This document shows positions 24,172 through 27,556 of a stretch of DNA of 27,556 nucleotides, piece by piece. The notes under the pieces were generated by a model, which did not search any database, was not told the DNA's origin, and was given only the letters and a program-made list of their open reading frames with translations. Both the position numbers and the translations under genes were made by a program. This stretch comes from an uncultured Gammaproteobacteria bacterium (GTDB lineage Bacteria > Patescibacteriota > Patescibacteriia > UBA11705 > DATKZF01). How positions within the stretch are numbered: the first letter of the stretch is position 1; each line of letters opens with the position of its first letter. The DNA is taken from the NCBI GenBank assembly GCA_964411255.1, contig CAYPKD010000004.1, positions 178,147 through 205,702 of the forward strand, given 5' to 3'.

Positions 24172-24414
24172 CTACCTCAAGCCCTCATATTTTTGATGAG
24201 GCGGTACAAATTTGAAATCTGGGGCTGTCTTTTTTGGATTAATTGGAATTTCAGGATATGTTTTTTTCTGAATCACAAAAGGCCAGCCAAATCCATATCC
24301 TCTGCTTTTACCCACAGCAGTTAAAATCCCAAATGCTGCAGCTGCCACTGCTACAATGGCAATTGCTGTTATAACTTTTTGTTTGGTTGTGGTTTGCGTT
24401 TTTAATTTAGCCAT
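24172..24414 (-). CDS. Small single-TM protein, paralog P1 (80 aa)
   Basis: MAKLKTQTTTKQKVITAIAIVAVAAAAFGILTAVGKSRGYGFGWPF is followed by TYPEIPINPKKTAPDFKFVPPHQKY. Confidence 0.6.
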   Translation of the reverse strand: MAKLKTQTTTKQKVITAIAIVAVAAAAFGILTAVGKSRGYGFGWPFVIQKKTYPEIPINPKKTAPDFKFVPPHQKYEGLR

Positions 24415-24451
24415 AGTATTTTAGTTTAGGGTTAAAATTATTGTTTAAAAA

Positions 24452-24655
24452 CTACAAAGAAATGTCGTATTTCAAATGCGGAGGCACAATTTTCAACTCT
24501 GGCGCAGTCTTTTTTGGATTAATCGGAATTTCAGGATATGTTCTTTTCATTATTATAAAAGGTCGACTGAACGCCTGCGCCCAGTTATTGCCTGCCGCAG
24601 CCAAAACTCCCAGCACTGACGCAAATATGGCAATAATGGTAAAAACCAAAATCAT
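24452..24655 (-). CDS. Small single-TM protein, paralog P3 (67 aa from the internal ATG). The ancestral start codon appears to have mutated, ATG to ATA.
   Basis: The C-terminal tail TYPEIPINPKKTAPELKIVPPHLKY is nearly identical to P1 at the DNA level. Upstream, the in-frame translation IKSKNKTTIKQK is homologous to P1 and P2 MAKLKTQTTTKQK, but it has no ATG, GTG or TTG, and an in-frame TAA lies further upstream. Confidence 0.5.
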   Translation of the reverse strand: MILVFTIIAIFASVLGVLAAAGNNWAQAFSRPFIIMKRTYPEIPINPKKTAPELKIVPPHLKYDISL

Positions 24656-24782
24656 TTTCTGTTTGATAGTTGTTTTATTTTTAGATTTTATTATATTTTC
24701 TTTATTATTTAATTCTTTACTTTAATTTAAAATTATTTTTTTCTACCAATCAACTGATCTACCGATCTACCAACCTACCAAT

Positions 24783-25955
24783 TTAATCAATTTTATCAAA
24801 TGGAACATTTGTCCATTCTGAAATAATCTTTTTTATATCAAATGCAATCACTTCTGGTCTTTCACCATGCATTTTATCCATTTTATGTTCTTTTTCTGCT
24901 TCTTCTACTTTACTGGCTACTTTTACAATTTTTTTTCTAACTTTTTCTAATTTTTCTTTGTCCCTTTCTCTTTTTTGTTCATTTTTTAATTTATTAAGTT
25001 CGCTTAACAAATCTTTTATCTTATCTGGCGCTGCATCAACTCTTTGCCGAACCTGTGATGAAGCTTTTCCTATTAATTCAATTGCACTGTGCGGCTGCGC
25101 ATATGCCTTTAGACTTTTAGCAGCGCTTGCTTCGTCAATAACATCTATTGCTTTATCAGGCAACATTCTTTTTTTAATATATTTTTCTGATAAATTTACT
25201 GCAGCGTCAATCGCCTCATCGCTAATTTTTACTTGATGATAATCTTCATACGTTTTTTTTAGACCTTTCAAAATTTCAATGGTCATCTCAATTGTCGGCT
25301 CTTCAACTTCAATTGGCTGAAATCTGCGTTCCAAGGCTTCATCCGGCTTAATATATTTTTCAAATTCTTTGGTTGTAGTTGCACCAATTGCATGAAGCTC
25401 ACCCCTGGCCAAAGCTGGCTTTAATACGTCAGAAATATTTACAGCCCCTTCTGTACCTTTTGTCTGAACCAGCATATGTACTTCGTCAATAAATAAAATA
25501 ATATCATCCTTAGACTCAATAATTTCATTCACCAAACTTCGAATACGCTGTTCAAACTCACCCCTGTACTTTGTACCAGAAATCATGTCAGCCAAATTTA
25601 GTGATAATATCTTTTTATCTTTCAAAAGATCTGGCACATTGCCAGTTATAATTTTTAAAGCCAGTCCCTCGATCACAGCTGTTTTACCAACACCTGCATC
25701 ACCGATTAAAACCGGATTGTTCTTTGTTTTTCTGGATAAAATCTGAATTACTCTGTCTGTTTCTTTATCTCTTCCAATTATTGGCGTTAATTCCCCGTTC
25801 TTTGCTTTTTCTGTCAGATCTTCTGTAAATAAATTTAAAGTTGATTTTTTTGATAATAATTTTCTACCAAAAAGCTTGTCCCGATAATACCATAAAATAA
25901 AAATCAAGATGAGAAATGCCAGAATATATTGCCAATTATTTAGTAGAAAATTCAT
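24783..25955 (-). CDS. Membrane-anchored AAA+ ATPase made of a single ClpA/ClpB-type D1 module plus a coiled-coil (M-domain-like) segment. It has no N-domain and no D2.
   Basis: An N-terminal TM helix (NWQYILAFLILIFILWYY) is followed by Walker A GDAGVGKTA, Walker B IILFIDEVH, sensor-1 IGATTT, the Arg finger ALERRFQ, and the Clp D1 landmarks LIGDAGVGKTAVIEGLA and LDKAIDVIDEA. It ends at ISEWTNVPFDKID, exactly where D2 would begin (compare VSRWTGIPV), and a stop codon follows. Confidence 0.7.
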   Translation of the reverse strand: MNFLLNNWQYILAFLILIFILWYYRDKLFGRKLLSKKSTLNLFTEDLTEKAKNGELTPIIGRDKETDRVIQILSRKTKNNPVLIGDAGVGKTAVIEGLALKIITGNVPDLLKDKKILSLNLADMISGTKYRGEFEQRIRSLVNEIIESKDDIILFIDEVHMLVQTKGTEGAVNISDVLKPALARGELHAIGATTTKEFEKYIKPDEALERRFQPIEVEEPTIEMTIEILKGLKKTYEDYHQVKISDEAIDAAVNLSEKYIKKRMLPDKAIDVIDEASAAKSLKAYAQPHSAIELIGKASSQVRQRVDAAPDKIKDLLSELNKLKNEQKRERDKEKLEKVRKKIVKVASKVEEAEKEHKMDKMHGERPEVIAFDIKKIISEWTNVPFDKID

Positions 25956-26010
25956 ACTTTAATTATAACATACTTCAAAATTATGATTTGTATGATATTA
26001 ACAGCTAAAA

Positions 26011-26706
26011 TTATGTAAATTTTTTAATATCTTGTTCATTCAAATGCTTAAATTCCCCAACTTTTAAATTTCCTAATTTTAGTTTATTAATTCTAATTCT
26101 GTGCAATTTTTTTACTTCAAAACCTAGTCTTTCGCACATTCTGCGAATTTGCCTCTTTTTCCCTTCTCTTAATATAATATTAAATTTTCTTATACCAAGC
26201 TGCTGAACTTTTGCTGGCAAAGTCTTTCCTTCTTCAATAACCACTCCTTTTTGCATTTTTTCAATAAATTCTTTGGTAATTTCTTTATTTATCTCAACTT
26301 CATATTCTTTTTCCTTTTCATATCGAGGATGAGTTAATTTCAATGCTAAATCTCCGTCATTTGTTAAAATTAAAAGTCCGCTTGAATTTTTATCAAGCCG
26401 ACCGACAGGAAAAATTCTTTGCTTTTCTTTTACTAAATCAAGCACAATTTTGCCTTTTTCTTTACCTTTTTTCACTGTGGATAAGTATCCAACTGGCTTA
26501 TTTAGCATAATATAAATCTTTTCTTTTTTAGGTTTAACAATTTTGCCATTAAATTCAATCTTGTCTTTAAAATCAATCTTTGTTCCAAGCTCTCGCACAA
26601 CATTGCCATTAACTTTAACTTTTCCTTGCAAAATAAACTTCTCGGCTCTACGCCGAGATGCTATACCGCAGTCTGCTAAATATTTTTGTAAACGAATTTT
26701 TTCCAT
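26011..26706 (-). CDS. RsuA/RluB-family pseudouridine synthase with an N-terminal S4 RNA-binding domain
   Basis: The S4 domain is RLQKYLADCGIASRRRAEKFILQGKVKVNG, and the catalytic motif GRLDKNSSGLLILTNDG carries the Asp. Confidence 0.8.
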   Translation of the reverse strand: MEKIRLQKYLADCGIASRRRAEKFILQGKVKVNGNVVRELGTKIDFKDKIEFNGKIVKPKKEKIYIMLNKPVGYLSTVKKGKEKGKIVLDLVKEKQRIFPVGRLDKNSSGLLILTNDGDLALKLTHPRYEKEKEYEVEINKEITKEFIEKMQKGVVIEEGKTLPAKVQQLGIRKFNIILREGKKRQIRRMCERLGFEVKKLHRIRINKLKLGNLKVGEFKHLNEQDIKKFT

Positions 26707-26731
26707 ATTGTGTAATCTTTAAGATTCAGGA

Positions 26732-27556
26732 TCAAACCCTAACAATCCTTTTTACATAATTATCACCTTCTTGGGCAATAATATAAGCAGTGTTACCTTC
26801 TAAATGCTCAAAGTGATAAATTTTATCACATTCTTCACTGACTTTTTCTCCTTTTTCATTCACTATAAACCATTTGCCGTCTTTTTGTGCTGCAAAAGCA
26901 ATTTTACCTCCAATATCTTGCGGGGCACCAACCTTATCATAATCCTGCCCGACTTTTTCTCCTTTTTCATTTACTATAAATGCCTTGCCATCTTTTTGTG
27001 CTCCAAAAGCAATCCTACCTCTAATATCTTGTGGAACCGAAACATTATCATAATCCTGCCCGACTTTTTCTCCTTTTTCATTTACTGTAAACCATTTATC
27101 ATCTTTTTTTGCTGCAAAAACAATCCTGCCTCCTATATCATGTGGCCTCCAAACATGATCATAATCCTGCCCGACTTTTTCTCCTTTTTCATTTATTATA
27201 AACCATTTTTCATCTTTTTTTGCTCTAAAAACAATTTTACCACCAATATCTTGTAGGTCATAAACCTCATCATAATCCTGCCCAACTTTTTCTCCTTTTT
27301 CATTTACTACAAACCATTCGGTGCCATTATGTGCTACAAAAACAATCCTACCTCCAATATCTTGCGGTTCATCAACCTGATCATAAACCTGCCCAACTTT
27401 TTCTCCTTTTTCATTTACTATAAAATATTTTCCATCTTTTTTTGCTCTAAAAGCAATTTTGCCTCCAATATCTTGCGGATCCCAAACATTATCATAATCC
27501 TGCCCGACTTTTTCTCCTTTTTCATTTACTGTAAACCATTTATCATCTTTTTTTGC
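26732..27556 (-). CDS. C-terminal part of a repeat protein made of 37-aa WG-like (here KWF) beta-repeats. The N-terminus lies beyond the right edge.
   Basis: Own translation of the minus strand gives repeats of the form ...AKKDDKWFTVNEKGEKVGQDYDNVWDPQDIGGKIAFR AKKDGKYFIVNEKGEKVGQVYDQVDEPQDIGGRIVFV..., and the reading ends in ...YVKRIVRV-stop, with the TGA being the reverse complement of 26732-26734. The frame is open to the window end. The + strand track ORF 26804-27256 is the antisense shadow of this gene. Confidence 0.7.
   Translation of the reverse strand, partial: AKKDDKWFTVNEKGEKVGQDYDNVWDPQDIGGKIAFRAKKDGKYFIVNEKGEKVGQVYDQVDEPQDIGGRIVFVAHNGTEWFVVNEKGEKVGQDYDEVYDLQDIGGKIVFRAKKDEKWFIINEKGEKVGQDYDHVWRPHDIGGRIVFAAKKDDKWFTVNEKGEKVGQDYDNVSVPQDIRGRIAFGAQKDGKAFIVNEKGEKVGQDYDKVGAPQDIGGKIAFAAQKDGKWFIVNEKGEKVSEECDKIYHFEHLEGNTAYIIAQEGDNYVKRIVRV
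26834..27556. repeat. 111-bp tandem DNA repeats (at least 6.5 copies) that encode the 37-aa protein repeats
   Basis: The anchor CTGCCC(G/A)ACTTTTTCTCC recurs at 26945, 27056, 27167, 27278, 27389 and 27500, an exact 111-nt spacing. Confidence 0.8.

Noticed and set aside
24783-25955. A pseudogene (truncated clpB) explanation for the D1-only AAA+ ORF
   Set aside because: The N-terminus is also remodelled, with the TM helix replacing the N-domain. All catalytic motifs are intact. Downstream, short spacers are immediately followed by other intact genes, and there is no out-of-frame D2 remnant. A dedicated single-ring protein is more parsimonious, though this is unverified.
26804-27256. + strand ORF of 150 aa with a repetitive FFSFFIYYKPF sequence
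   Set aside because: It is the antisense reading of the 111-bp tandem repeats. The minus strand gives a clean WG-like repeat protein continuous to the window edge.
1-27556. CRISPR arrays and rRNA genes
   Set aside because: There are no regularly spaced identical repeats of 24-48 nt with unique spacers. The repeat sets present are the protein-coding 111-bp repeats, the 42-nt x2.6 array and heptads. There are no long GC-rich rRNA-like segments.

Overview
This is a 27.6-kb, AT-rich window (about 30% GC by eye, not computed) that is densely coding, with most genes on the minus strand. Translation and transcription signals are bacterial: AGGAGG-type Shine-Dalgarno sequences, near-consensus sigma70 promoters, intrinsic terminators, and one tRNA-Ser(GGA) with an encoded CCA. 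The gene content points to a small-genome, scavenging bacterium, possibly of the CPR/Patescibacteria type (inference only). The evidence is a form II/III-like RuBisCO next to AMP phosphorylase and a ribose-1,5-bisphosphate isomerase (the AMP-salvage shunt), a secreted thermonuclease, and many nucleotide house-cleaning enzymes (three MazG-like, a NUDIX, a HIT, and a deoxyribosyltransferase/DNPH1-like protein). The stretch I would look at first as possibly undescribed is an apparently co-directional minus-strand block at 22353-25955. It holds a membrane-anchored Clp-like AAA+ protein with only the D1 domain, then three paralogous small single-TM proteins with Pro-rich tails, then an O-antigen-ligase/Wzy_C-like polytopic membrane protein. 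Other points worth a second look are a tightly coupled MazG-NDT-like-ASCH-MazG-methyltransferase operon, a GIY-YIG mini-gene bracketed by perfect 26-bp inverted repeats plus repeat arrays, a roughly 430-bp highly structured non-coding region, a YhhQ-transporter::GNAT fusion, tandem PHP-phosphoesterase paralogs each with its own promoter and terminator, and a stand-alone DnaJ-type zinc-finger mini-protein. I found no rRNA and no CRISPR array. Every call rests on reading the translations for motifs; no database search was possible.
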